Source: Bacteroidetes bacterium MedPE-SWsnd-G2 (GTDB lineage Bacteria > Bacteroidota > Bacteroidia > Flavobacteriales > Flavobacteriaceae). From it: a stretch of DNA of 64,000 bases. The position numbers and the translations under genes are program-made. The stretch spans positions 25,263 to 89,262 of the forward strand of contig MPDE01000012.1 in the NCBI GenBank assembly GCA_001874335.1, read 5' to 3'. Below the pieces are notes generated by a model. It did no database searches, was not told where the DNA came from, and saw only the letters and a program-made list of their open reading frames with translations. Shown here piece after piece: positions 38,806 through 48,701 of the stretch (positions are counted from its first letter, which is position 1; each line of letters begins with the position of its first letter).

Positions 38806-41565
38806 TACTTCTTTTTCATCGAAGGGGATAGAAATGTTGTTGATTTCTAATATTAAGGTTTTGAGTTCGGCATAAAAGGCATCTAATGTTTCTTGTGTGA
38901 TTTGAGTGTCTTTGGTACGGCTTGTTGACGACTCTTTTTTATGAAATTTCAGAAAAGAATCACTGGCATTTAAGTTTTTAAACGAAATAATGCCAGCTTC
39001 ATAAGGCAGGTTGTATGTGCTTGCTTGCTGGAGCATTAAGGCATAACACAAGACCTGAAAACTTTTACTGTATTTTTTATAATCTGTTGTAATGTCTTCC
39101 CAATCTATAACACTAACCTGAGAGGCATCTACCTTTCCTGTTTTGTAATCTATAATACGCAGCGTTCCGTTGTATAAATCTACGCGATCCACAGCCCCTC
39201 TTAAGTAAACGGGATAATCCAGTTCGTCGAAATCTAACTTTATTTTATAATCAGCTTCTAAGCTAAGGATGATAATGTCGTTGCCTTCTGAGATTTGTTT
39301 TTTCTCCGTTTTTAAAAAGTTTAAAACTAGGCGCTGTGCGATTTCAAAGATTATTAGATTTTGTCCAGAGCTTAAATCTCCTTCCTTATAAAACTCCTTA
39401 AAATATTTTTCTACAGTTGGTTTAATTTTTGGAATCATTTTAGAAATGTATTCCTCCTTTAAAATACTGTCAATATAAGGTTCGTAAAACTCTTCTAAGA
39501 CGTGATGAATAACGCTTCCCAGAGTATTTGCTGCAACGGTTTCTTCTACATCTTCAAAACTTCTAATTCTTAAAATACTCTGTTTATAAAAATCTATCGG
39601 GTTCCTAATATAATTAGTTAATGATGATGGGGAAAAACCATTTTTAGAAATTTGCTTTAAGCGCTCAATCACACCTTCTGTCTTTATTACAGATTTTAAA
39701 TTGGTTTCCAGTTTTGGAGCTTTGGGAACGACTATTTCATGGTGGATTTTATGTCTGTTTTCAATTTCTAATTGAGTAATAAATCTACTTTTCTCACCTC
39801 CTTTTAAAACATCTGCTTGCGTATTGTAAATGATATAAACATTTTTAGCACGCTGTAATAAACGGTAAAAGTGATAGGTATATACCGCATCTTTCTCCTT
39901 ATAAGTTGGAAGATTGTGTTCTAACTTGACATCAAAAGGAATAAATGAATTGTTTGATTTTCCAGCGGGTAAAATCCCTTCGTTTACCGATGAAATAATA
40001 ACCGTTTCAAAATCTAAAACCCGTGACTCTAGCATCCCCATTATTTGTAAGCCTTTTAACGGTTCTCCTTGAAAATCTAAAGTCTCCGATTTAATTATTT
40101 CACGATACAATATGTGTAATGTGCTAACGGTATATATGTGGTTGTGAGTTTTGTTGAGGGTTTCTAATTCATTAAATACAGTGAGAAATCTATAGAGGTA
40201 TTCTAATATAAGAGCGTTTTTTGAAGGTTCATCTTGATAAGTGGTTTTAAGGGCAAACAATAGCGATTTACACGATTTTATTGCCGTTGTCGGATGGTTT
40301 GCCCAGTTGCCAAACAGAAGCTCTATAATGCACTCTTTGGGCGGACATAATTTAATAAGCTCTTCAGTTTTAAGGTATGTTTTGTTTTCTTTCTGAAGAT
40401 GCTGCAAAATGTTTTGAGCATAATTTACTTGCTCATCTTGAAATAGTGCATTGACCTGCGGATTAGACAAAATTGCTCGTATATCTTTATGATAATATTT
40501 TGTGGGCTTTGTTTTGTGAATTCTAAAGAGATCTTCAAATAGAGCCGCCAATGGAACCGTATTTAGTGGCATACCCATAGTAATATTTATAGGTCCCACA
40601 TTTTCAGGAATAGAATTTAATAGGGGTAGAAGTAAAGACTCATTTCCGAGAACAACCGCTGTCTTTTGCATTTGATGCCCCGAAGATTTTAAATCTTCTA
40701 TGAGTTGTCCAATAAGTTTAATTTGACCAACATTTTTTGGTGCACCAAGGGCCTTAATTTGTTTTGAGTTTTGGTAGTCCTGGGTTGCCCAATTAAAAGG
40801 ATGCGTTCTAAAATAGTGCCAGTTTTTTTTATGTTGTCTCATAAAATGACCTGCGTCATGTTGGGTGTTATCAAGAAAGCATTGGTCAATATCCCAATAA
40901 ATATCTGAGTTATCATTGTCTAGTAATTCTTGTATAATGTTTTCTTCAGCTTTGTTTAGTGCATTAAAACCAATAAAGACATGTCGATTGGTTTTAGTTG
41001 CATTTTTGTAAGCTTCAAGGTTAGATACTGCTTCACGATAAACCAGTCCTTGGTAGCCTCTATTGATGTTTATTAAACGTTTTTTTAATGCTGAATAATA
41101 AAGAGGGAGGGCATTCCAAAATTTTAAATAAGATTTAATTTGAGTGGTTTGCTCTGTTGCTACAGACCAGTGATTGATGTCTTGGATGGCGCCTAAATAA
41201 TCAAATATTTGTTTGGGAGGAATTAAAAAACGATCAATTTCGTTAAAGTCCTGTAGAATGATTTGAGCCCATTTAGAAAAACTATCAAAAGATTCTTTTT
41301 CTTCTTCAGGCATAGTGCTGAGGTAAACATCGTAAAAGAAAAACAATAACTCTGTTGGAGTGGCATATTCCATTTGGCAAATGGAAGCTATAAACTCTTC
41401 TGTCGAAAATATTTCTGGCGCAAATATGGTTTGTTTTAGTTGCTCTGAAATGCTGTTTCTTAGGAATGTACCAGCGCGCTTACTCGGTAAAACAAATATG
41501 GTATTTGAAAAATCTACCTCTTTTAAAATGAGGTCTGCTACAACGGTTTCAATAAAATTGGTCAT
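38803..41565 (-). CDS. PD-(D/E)XK nuclease family protein, AddB-like helicase-nuclease subunit
   Basis: Degenerate N-terminal P-loop (LPSKRAGTF) and a C-terminal RecB-type nuclease motif GAVDRVD...RIIDYKTGK. No C-terminal Cys cluster. Confidence 0.75.
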   Translation of the reverse strand: MTNFIETVVADLILKEVDFSNTIFVLPSKRAGTFLRNSISEQLKQTIFAPEIFSTEEFIASICQMEYATPTELLFFFYDVYLSTMPEEEKESFDSFSKWAQIILQDFNEIDRFLIPPKQIFDYLGAIQDINHWSVATEQTTQIKSYLKFWNALPLYYSALKKRLININRGYQGLVYREAVSNLEAYKNATKTNRHVFIGFNALNKAEENIIQELLDNDNSDIYWDIDQCFLDNTQHDAGHFMRQHKKNWHYFRTHPFNWATQDYQNSKQIKALGAPKNVGQIKLIGQLIEDLKSSGHQMQKTAVVLGNESLLLPLLNSIPENVGPINITMGMPLNTVPLAALFEDLFRIHKTKPTKYYHKDIRAILSNPQVNALFQDEQVNYAQNILQHLQKENKTYLKTEELIKLCPPKECIIELLFGNWANHPTTAIKSCKSLLFALKTTYQDEPSKNALILEYLYRFLTVFNELETLNKTHNHIYTVSTLHILYREIIKSETLDFQGEPLKGLQIMGMLESRVLDFETVIISSVNEGILPAGKSNNSFIPFDVKLEHNLPTYKEKDAVYTYHFYRLLQRAKNVYIIYNTQADVLKGGEKSRFITQLEIENRHKIHHEIVVPKAPKLETNLKSVIKTEGVIERLKQISKNGFSPSSLTNYIRNPIDFYKQSILRIRSFEDVEETVAANTLGSVIHHVLEEFYEPYIDSILKEEYISKMIPKIKPTVEKYFKEFYKEGDLSSGQNLIIFEIAQRLVLNFLKTEKKQISEGNDIIILSLEADYKIKLDFDELDYPVYLRGAVDRVDLYNGTLRIIDYKTGKVDASQVSVIDWEDITTDYKKYSKSFQVLCYALMLQQASTYNLPYEAGIISFKNLNASDSFLKFHKKESSTSRTKDTQITQETLDAFYAELKTLILEINNISIPFDEKEV

Positions 41566-41573
41566 AGCATAAA

Positions 41574-41610
41574 AATAAAAAACGCCCCGTTATACGGAGC
41601 GTTTTTTTTA
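41574..41610 (-). terminator. Intrinsic terminator after the ompA-like gene
   Basis: Hairpin acgccccg-ttata-cggagcgt flanked by A-rich and T8 tracts. Confidence 0.75.
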
Positions 41611-41635
41611 TTATTAATTTGAGTTAAACTCAAGC

Positions 41636-42997
41636 TTAGTTTTTGATTAAGTTGATCTCAACACGACGGTTAAGAGCTCTACCTTCTCTTGTTTTGTTGT
41701 TTGCGATTGGCTTAGCTTCACCGTATCCAGCAAATTCTAAACGACTTGATCCAATACCATTTTCGATTAAGTACTTCATCACAGCTTCAGCTCTTGACTC
41801 AGATAATCTTTGGTTTGTTTTCTCGCTACCTACACTATCTGTGTGACCTTCAATTGTAAATCTTGCGTTAGTATACTCGTTTAAGATTGCGATAATATCA
41901 TTTAATACACCTTGAGAACGGTCTTTGATAGAAGATTTTCCTGTATCAAATAAGATAGTTTTAGCGTAATCGTTAAGTGCTTTTTGAACAGCTGCAGTTA
42001 CTTCTGGACAACCATTGTTTGCAACAGTACCAGCTTTTTCTGGACATAAATCATCTTTGTCAGCAACACCGTCACCGTCAGTATCTGGCCAAGGACATCC
42101 GTTGTTTGCAGAAGGACCTGCTACTTCAGGACAGTTATCTTGTGGATCAGCAACACCGTCACCGTCAGTATCAGCACAACCGTTAAATTGTTTTAATCCT
42201 GGTACATCTGGACAAGCATCATTTTTATCCATTACACCATCGCCATCAGAATCAGGACATCCTCCAAATTCAGCTAAACCAGCTTGGTTAGGGCAATCAT
42301 CTTTAGCATCTTCTACACCGTCACCATCAGAATCTGGGCAACCGTTAAATGCTTCTAAACCTGGTACTTCTGGACAAGCATCATCTTTGTCGAAGATACC
42401 GTCACCATCTGTGTCTTTAGCCCCGAATTGGATAGCTAAACCTAAGTTGTGTTGGAAATGAGAAGATAAATAATCTTCAAATGCGTGCTTATATGTAGAT
42501 TCTAAAGTAAGACCTACATTTTCTGAGAACCAATATGAAATTCCTAAGTTACCGTTTAAAGTTCCTGCTCCAATATCATCTATCCAAGAGTAACCTCCAC
42601 CTACACCTAAATTAAGGTCTACTGATTTAGAATCCCATAATTCGGCGAAGTTATAACCAACTATACCATCTAAACCATAGTAAGAAAGGTCATCAGCAGT
42701 ACTGTCACCAATTTTGTCTATTTGGTTAATCGATCCAACAAAGTTGAATGTAAATCCATCACTTAAGTATCTAGATACTTTTAAAGTTGATAATGATGGT
42801 AGGATGTTGTAGTGGTCTCCTAAGTTGAAATACTCATCGAAGAATTCGCCTTGAGGAGCGTCTTCACCTACTGGGTATAAGTCAACCGCATTTACACCTA
42901 CAGCAATTGCCCAAGGATAATCTTTATCCTGTGCGTTTGCCATGCTTACGCTAACTAAAAGCAAAGTAGCGAAAAATAATCTGCTAAGGTTTTTCAT
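41636..42997 (-). CDS. OmpA family outer-membrane protein with thrombospondin type-3 calcium-binding repeats
   Basis: Signal peptide, N-terminal barrel, five D.DGDG..D..D.CP repeats, and an OmpA C-domain (EGHTDS.GS...N..LS..RA..V...L, NRRVEI). Confidence 0.92.
   Translation of the reverse strand: MKNLSRLFFATLLLVSVSMANAQDKDYPWAIAVGVNAVDLYPVGEDAPQGEFFDEYFNLGDHYNILPSLSTLKVSRYLSDGFTFNFVGSINQIDKIGDSTADDLSYYGLDGIVGYNFAELWDSKSVDLNLGVGGGYSWIDDIGAGTLNGNLGISYWFSENVGLTLESTYKHAFEDYLSSHFQHNLGLAIQFGAKDTDGDGIFDKDDACPEVPGLEAFNGCPDSDGDGVEDAKDDCPNQAGLAEFGGCPDSDGDGVMDKNDACPDVPGLKQFNGCADTDGDGVADPQDNCPEVAGPSANNGCPWPDTDGDGVADKDDLCPEKAGTVANNGCPEVTAAVQKALNDYAKTILFDTGKSSIKDRSQGVLNDIIAILNEYTNARFTIEGHTDSVGSEKTNQRLSESRAEAVMKYLIENGIGSSRLEFAGYGEAKPIANNKTREGRALNRRVEINLIKN
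42005..42418 (-). repeat. Five in-frame coding repeats (TSP3-like, ~23-29 codons each)
   Basis: [76 protein letters not shown] and [19 protein letters not shown]. This stretch is locally GC-richer than its surroundings. Confidence 0.85.
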
Positions 42998-43124
42998 ATT
43001 GAACTAATTTTAATTTTAAGTGTTATTTGTTAACAAAAGTAAGTTGTTAAAATTTCTTAACAAAGATAAATATATAAAAAAAAATCTATTTAAAAATTCA
43101 GAGTGTACTGAGCATGAGGGTTTT

Positions 43125-44318
43125 TTAGATTACTCCCAAGTTTTTCCCCACTTTTTTAAATGCATTAATTGTGTGGTCAAGGTGTGCTGTAGTATGAGCA
43201 GCAGATAGTTGAACCCTAATTCTTGCCTTTTCTTTTGGAACTACTGGATAAAAGAAACCAATCACATAAACGCCTTCTTTTAACAATTCATTAGCCATGG
43301 CTTGAGAAAGCTTCGCATCGTAGAGCATTACTGGAACAATGGCAGAATCACCATCTACAATATCAAATCCCGCTTCATGCATTCCTTTTTTGAAATAAGC
43401 GGTGTTTGCTTCTAATTTATCTCTTAACTCTGTGTTGTTTGATAATAGGTCAAATACCTTGATTGAAGCTCCTACAATTGCTGGAGCCAATGAGTTTGAA
43501 AATAGGTATGGTCTAGAACGTTGACGTAATAATTCAATTATTTCTTTTTTACCAGTAGTGTATCCACCCATGGCTCCGCCTAACGCTTTTCCTAAAGTTC
43601 CTGTTATAATGTCAATTCTATCTAATACACCTTTATCTTCTAAAGTTCCGCGACCTGTTTCACCAATGAATCCAGCGGCATGACATTCGTCAATCATGAC
43701 CATCGCATCATACTTATCTGCTAGGTCACATATTTGATCTAATGGAGCAACAATGCCATCCATAGAGAATACACCATCTGTAACAATAATTTTATAACGC
43801 GCACCATTTTCATTAGCGGCAATTAATTGTTGTTCTAAATCGGCCATATCACTATTTGCATATCTGTAACGTGCAGCTTTACATAATCTAACCCCATCAA
43901 TAATTGATGCGTGGTTAAGTGAATCAGAAATAATAGCATCTTCTTTTCCTAATAAAGGTTCGAATACTCCTCCATTAGCATCAAAAGCAGCAGCATACAA
44001 TATAGTGTCTTCTGTACCGTAAAATTCTGCAATCTTAGCTTCTAATGTTTTATGGATGTCTTGAGTTCCGCAAATAAATCTAACAGATGACATTCCAAAT
44101 CCGTGAGTGTCCATGACATCTTTGGCTGCTTGGATAACTTCTGGATGTGAAGACAAGCCTAAATAATTGTTGGCACAAAAATTTAAAACCCTTTCACCAG
44201 TATTTAATGTAATTTCAGCTCCTTGAGCAGAAGTGATTATACGCTCCTCCTTAAATAGTCCAGCGTCCTTAATGTCTTGTATTTCGTTTTGTAAGTGGTC
44301 TTTTATTGTTCCGTACAT
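43125..44318 (-). CDS. kbl: Glycine C-acetyltransferase (2-amino-3-ketobutyrate CoA ligase)
   Basis: [12 protein letters not shown] and the PLP-lysine context [10 protein letters not shown]. Confidence 0.93.
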   Translation of the reverse strand: MYGTIKDHLQNEIQDIKDAGLFKEERIITSAQGAEITLNTGERVLNFCANNYLGLSSHPEVIQAAKDVMDTHGFGMSSVRFICGTQDIHKTLEAKIAEFYGTEDTILYAAAFDANGGVFEPLLGKEDAIISDSLNHASIIDGVRLCKAARYRYANSDMADLEQQLIAANENGARYKIIVTDGVFSMDGIVAPLDQICDLADKYDAMVMIDECHAAGFIGETGRGTLEDKGVLDRIDIITGTLGKALGGAMGGYTTGKKEIIELLRQRSRPYLFSNSLAPAIVGASIKVFDLLSNNTELRDKLEANTAYFKKGMHEAGFDIVDGDSAIVPVMLYDAKLSQAMANELLKEGVYVIGFFYPVVPKEKARIRVQLSAAHTTAHLDHTINAFKKVGKNLGVI

Positions 44319-44339
44319 TGTAATAAGTTTGTTGCAAAT

Positions 44340-47300
44340 TTAAAATTCTTTTACTGTAATATCATCATTTATGTAAACAAGAATTTTGGCTTTAACGACA
44401 TAACCCATTTTTTGCAGTACATCTTGATAAGATTGCAATTGTTGCTCGTAAATTGGGTTGTGTTTACCTGTTTTATAATCGATAATACTAACTTCGTTAT
44501 CCGTTAAAAAGACAATTCTGTCTGGACGAAGACGTTGTCCTTCTGCAGTAATAATATCTCGTTCGTTGTAAGAATTTAATCCGATTTGATATAACGATTT
44601 TAAACTTGGATGAAGTATTAGTTCTTTTATTTTGACGCTTAATAGGCCTGCTTGTTCTTGTGACAATTCGCCTTTGTTTACAAATCGACCTAGTGCATTT
44701 TCAATATCTGCAGTTGTTTTGATTTCGGCCATGATATCATGAATGAGATTTCCTTTAGCAATTGCAGATTCCTGATTCGTATCCCAAAGCACCCCAGATT
44801 TCGTTATGATGTTTAAATTATGTGCAGATCTGGATACAGAGATGAGTAGCTTTTGAAGTGTATTGCTTTTTAGTTGCTTAGCCTTAAGTGATCTTGCTCT
44901 AATTCCAAATTGATATACCATTTGCTCAGGCGACCAAAGGCCATTACTATTTAAATAGTTAAAGAATAATGATTGATAAGTTTTCTCAGGTAATGTGTTT
45001 TGTTTATTAGGTTTAAATTCGGTAAGGATATAGAGTTGTTCAACCGCTCTTGTCAACACTACATATAATAAGTTTATACTATCTAACTCTAAAGTACTTT
45101 GACGCTCTAAATGCAGTTGCTCTCCAGTTGCATTTACTTGGGCTATTTCTTTATTATAATTGAGATACAGCCAGTTAAATCCTGAATAGTTTTCAGGTGA
45201 AACAGGAAACCAAGTTTTTGGAGATATTTCGTAATCTATTTTTTCATTAGCAAATGGAAAAATAACAATTGGAAACTCCAAACCTTTAGATTTATGAATG
45301 GTCATTATCTGAACGGCGTTGTCTCCTTCAGGTGCTACAATACTTAATTTGTCTTTTTTGCGATCCCAATATTCTAAAAATTCCGAAATACTGCTACTTC
45401 TTTGACTAAAGTCTAAGACTTCGTCTAAGTAAAATTGAATATAGGCGTTAGAAGAATTATTGAGATTAAAACGTCTTATAATGTATTCTACCGATTCATA
45501 CAAAGGGAGCTGTAAACAAAGATTCCAGTTAAATTCAATGTTTAACTCAGAAAGTTGATTAAACATTTGATTTTGATCTAACGGTATGAGCCGAGCTATA
45601 AAATCGTGATGCTTATCTGTTGGCAGTTGTTGTTCAGCAATGTAATTTAAAACGTCAAGTTTTAATTCGCTGTTTTCAGACTCGGTTGTTTGTCTAAGAA
45701 TTGCATCTATGAAGTTAACTTCTTTAGAATTTGAAAGCAATAGAGTTTCTGAAGAAATAATTGGAATGTCAACGGCATTTAAATGCTGAGCAATAGCAAT
45801 TCCTGATTTCGATTTCCTTACAATTATACAAATGTCATGGTATGAAAACCCATTTTCAAGTGCTTTATTGATGGTAGACTCAACTTCTAGACAATATAAT
45901 TCTGTTTTGTCTTCGTTTTTGATGTCTAAAAACGAAAGCTCTACAAATCCTTCTTCCTCTAAGTGGATTTCTTGATGAGCTTGAGCATAAATCTGGCTGT
46001 GTGTTTCATTTGAGAAACTGTTGGCAGATACCCAATCAAAAAACTGATTGTTGAACGTTACAATAGATTTGCAACTTCTGTAATTGGTAGGAAGGTTTTT
46101 TATACTTACTGAGCTTTTTTCAATTTGAAAAGGAATATGACCGTTATAAAGTTTTATAAATTGTTCGGCTTTACCACCTCTCCAGCGGTAAATTGCTTGT
46201 TTTGCATCACCTACAATCATTGCTGATCCAGTTTGATTTTGATCGTTTACACCGGTAATACTATTGTCAATTAGGGGGGTGAGATTTTCCCATTGCAATT
46301 GAGATGTATCTTGAAACTCATCAATAAAAAAGTGTTTGAATTTTTCACCAATACGCTCGTAAATGAAAGGTGCCGGTTGAGATTTTATTTCGTCACTAAT
46401 TAAACTGTTAAATTCTGAAATAAGTAATAGGTCGTCCTCTTTTTTAATGGTGTTTAAACTTTTACTTATGGCGTTAAGTACAGAAAGAGGTGTGATGTTT
46501 TTTAGGGCGTTTTTTATGAAAATAAAATCAAAGACTAAAGCCTTGGTATCTGTGTATAGGGCAGTTATTTCGGGAAGTATAGAATCTATTATAGCTTTTT
46601 TGTCATCATCTATACTTTTTTTGTAAATCCCCGTATTGTTGCTTAGGTTCTCACCTAACTTATTGCTATAAAGGGCACTTGAAGGCCTCTTTTTTGCATT
46701 TTTAAAATGGTTGGGCAGCGTCTTTCTAGTATAATCGGTTTCTTCTAAAGGTGGCTGAGTTAGCAGGTCTATGGCTTTATCAGAATTTAAAATAATTTGC
46801 TCTTCTAACTGGTTTATGCGCTGGTTTAAGGCTTTTCTCAATTCTGAAAAATCACTCAAGGATTTTTGTTTAATAGAATTTAAAAAAGGAATATCACTTT
46901 CTTTCAAAAGAAGATTAGCAATGGCTTTAAATTCTAATGTAATGTCCCAGCTTTTGTTATCATCCGCTTTTTCTATAGCAAAATCAACCAAGGTTTTTGT
47001 GAGTTCTTTGTTAGAACCTGCTTGACTAATGAGATTATCAACTGCTTTAGATAATAGACCTTGGCTATCAAGTTCTACTTCAAAATTTACAGGCAGGTTT
47101 AGGTCTAATGCAAAGGTTCTAATTAACGAATGGTTAAATTTATCAATAGTTGAAACATCAAAAGAAGCATAATTATGCATTATGGTTTCTAATAACAATT
47201 TCGATTTTTCATGAATAAATTCAGCATTTACGTCCAATTCTGTTTTAAGGTTGTCAAATAGGGGTGTGGGGTTGGTTAAAATATCTTCAGAAGAAAATTG

Positions 47301-47489
47301 CATTAAACTTTCAATTATCCTCGATTTCATTTCACCTACAGCTTTATTAGTAAAGGTTAAAGCTAAAATTTTATTGAAGCTGAAAGCAGATTTTGAACTC
47401 AGTAATATTTTCAAATAAGATTTGACTAACGTAAAGGTTTTTCCGCTGCCGGCAGACGCATTGTAAATTTGAAAAAGGGGTTGAGACAT
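44340..47489 (-). CDS. UvrD/Rep-type helicase fused to a RecB-type nuclease, AddA-like
   Basis: Walker A ASAGSGKTF, DEFQDTS, QAIYRWRGG, a C-terminal helicase motif (VMTIHKSKGLEF-like), and the nuclease motif RPDRIV...SIIDYKTGK. Confidence 0.85.
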   Translation of the reverse strand: MSQPLFQIYNASAGSGKTFTLVKSYLKILLSSKSAFSFNKILALTFTNKAVGEMKSRIIESLMQFSSEDILTNPTPLFDNLKTELDVNAEFIHEKSKLLLETIMHNYASFDVSTIDKFNHSLIRTFALDLNLPVNFEVELDSQGLLSKAVDNLISQAGSNKELTKTLVDFAIEKADDNKSWDITLEFKAIANLLLKESDIPFLNSIKQKSLSDFSELRKALNQRINQLEEQIILNSDKAIDLLTQPPLEETDYTRKTLPNHFKNAKKRPSSALYSNKLGENLSNNTGIYKKSIDDDKKAIIDSILPEITALYTDTKALVFDFIFIKNALKNITPLSVLNAISKSLNTIKKEDDLLLISEFNSLISDEIKSQPAPFIYERIGEKFKHFFIDEFQDTSQLQWENLTPLIDNSITGVNDQNQTGSAMIVGDAKQAIYRWRGGKAEQFIKLYNGHIPFQIEKSSVSIKNLPTNYRSCKSIVTFNNQFFDWVSANSFSNETHSQIYAQAHQEIHLEEEGFVELSFLDIKNEDKTELYCLEVESTINKALENGFSYHDICIIVRKSKSGIAIAQHLNAVDIPIISSETLLLSNSKEVNFIDAILRQTTESENSELKLDVLNYIAEQQLPTDKHHDFIARLIPLDQNQMFNQLSELNIEFNWNLCLQLPLYESVEYIIRRFNLNNSSNAYIQFYLDEVLDFSQRSSSISEFLEYWDRKKDKLSIVAPEGDNAVQIMTIHKSKGLEFPIVIFPFANEKIDYEISPKTWFPVSPENYSGFNWLYLNYNKEIAQVNATGEQLHLERQSTLELDSINLLYVVLTRAVEQLYILTEFKPNKQNTLPEKTYQSLFFNYLNSNGLWSPEQMVYQFGIRARSLKAKQLKSNTLQKLLISVSRSAHNLNIITKSGVLWDTNQESAIAKGNLIHDIMAEIKTTADIENALGRFVNKGELSQEQAGLLSVKIKELILHPSLKSLYQIGLNSYNERDIITAEGQRLRPDRIVFLTDNEVSIIDYKTGKHNPIYEQQLQSYQDVLQKMGYVVKAKILVYINDDITVKEF

Positions 47490-47568
47490 GTAATAAAATT
47501 TAAGACAAGATAAAAACTATCAATGATTCCATAGCTATTTAATATTTTTAATTGAGGTGTTTTATATG

Positions 47569-47576
47569 TAAATTTG
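47569..47576 (+). promoter_or_regulatory. Candidate -7 box TAAATTTG upstream of the SOD gene
   Basis: Exact TAnnTTTG match about 36 nt upstream of the ATG at 47613. Confidence 0.45.
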
Positions 47577-47612
47577 GATACTCGAAATTAATAATAAAGA
47601 AAACAAGAAATT

Positions 47613-48221
47613 ATGGCTTTTGAATTACCACAATTAAAATATGCTTACGATGCTTTAGAGCCTCATATTGATGCAAGAACAATGGAAATCCACCATTCAA
47701 AACATCATAATGGTTATACAAATAATTTGAATAATGCTGTTGCAGGAACTGATCTTGAAGGAAAAGAAATAGAAGATATTCTTGGAAACTTAGACATGTC
47801 TAATTCAGCTGTTAGAAATAATGGAGGAGGATTTTATAATCACTCTTTATTTTGGGAAGTAATGAACCCAGAAGGAAAAGGTTACTTATCTGGAGAACTT
47901 AAAGATGCTATTATTGAAGCTTACGGATCTGTTGAAGATTTTAAAACAGCTTTTAGTAAAGCGGCAGCAACTCAATTTGGTTCTGGATGGGCTTGGTTAT
48001 GTGTTCATAAAGGAGGAAAAGTTGAAGTATGCTCTACTCCAAATCAAGATAACCCATTAATGCCAGGTGTAACATGTGGCGGAACTCCAATTTTAGGATT
48101 AGATGTTTGGGAGCATGCTTATTACTTAAACTATCAAAACAGAAGACCAGATTACATTAATGCATTTTTTAGTGTTATTAACTGGAATGAAGTTGAGCGT
48201 AGATATGCTGAAGCAAAATAA
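47613..48221 (+). CDS. sodA: Fe/Mn-family superoxide dismutase
   Basis: [23 protein letters not shown] and DVWEHAYYL motifs. Metal specificity cannot be decided from sequence alone. Confidence 0.93.
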   Translation: MAFELPQLKYAYDALEPHIDARTMEIHHSKHHNGYTNNLNNAVAGTDLEGKEIEDILGNLDMSNSAVRNNGGGFYNHSLFWEVMNPEGKGYLSGELKDAIIEAYGSVEDFKTAFSKAAATQFGSGWAWLCVHKGGKVEVCSTPNQDNPLMPGVTCGGTPILGLDVWEHAYYLNYQNRRPDYINAFFSVINWNEVERRYAEAK

Positions 48222-48241
48222 GCGTTAAAATAAATAAACCT

Positions 48242-48282
48242 AAAAAGCAGATTTGTTCCATTGGAACGAATCTGCTTTTTTT
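48242..48282 (+). terminator. Intrinsic terminator after the SOD gene
   Basis: ~14-bp hairpin agcagatttgttcc...ggaacgaatctgct followed by T7. Confidence 0.8.
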
Positions 48283-48290
48283 ATTAAATG

Positions 48291-48361
48291 AAAAAAGGCG
48301 AACGATAGTTCACCTTTTTTGCCCCAAATCTACCATAAACTTAACCTACTTATGTTATGGT
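48291..48361 (-). ncRNA. Candidate small RNA, copy 1 (stem-loop, single-stranded GAUUUGGGGC, terminator hairpin and U-run)
   Basis: Minus-strand reading: ACCATAACATAAGTAGGTTAAGTTTATGGTAGATTTGGGGCAAAAAAGGTGAACTATCGTTCGCCTTTTTT. The strand was chosen because only on the minus strand does the terminator come last. Confidence 0.35.
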
Positions 48362-48517
48362 GATGTAAATATAAGGTTGGTAAAAAGATTGCAGACTAAT
48401 TTTTAGACCAAATACTTAAAAAGTGGGTTTAAGAGAAATTATATTCACAATTCAAGGATGAATGAATTGCTTTACAGGTGTTAGTGCTTGATTTTGAGTT
48501 TGGTAAGTGTGTAAAAT

Positions 48518-48590
48518 AAAAAAAGGTGAATAAGAATTCACCTTTTTTTGCCCCAAATCTACCATGAACTTAACCTACTTATGTTATGGT
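48518..48590 (-). ncRNA. Candidate small RNA, copy 2
   Basis: Minus-strand reading: ACCATAACATAAGTAGGTTAAGTTCATGGTAGATTTGGGGCAAAAAAAGGTGAATTCTTATTCACCTTTTTTT. The 5' ~47 nt differ from copy 1 at one position, and the terminator stem differs with a compensating pair. Confidence 0.35.
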
Positions 48591-48701
48591 TCTACTAATT
48601 TATAAGTTATTTAATTACAGACTGTTAAATATTCGGTCAAATGCAGCTTTATTAGGTAAACTGTGATTTTTCTCGATTAATTACACATTGTAAGTAATTG
48701 A

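Noticed and set aside
42015-42461. 148-aa plus-strand ORF (Ser/Pro/Gly-rich), together with 41977-42186, opposite the ompA-like gene
   Set aside because: This is a shadow ORF created by the GAC/GGT-rich TSP3 repeat codons on the minus strand. The minus-strand frame has a signal peptide, barrel, Ca-binding repeats and an OmpA domain, so it is clearly the real gene.
41977-42461. Regularly spaced DNA repeats that at first glance look like a repeat array
   Set aside because: The repeats are in-frame coding repeats (D.DGDG..D..D.CP) of variable spacing inside a CDS. There is no spacer/repeat structure of the CRISPR type and no cas genes in the window.
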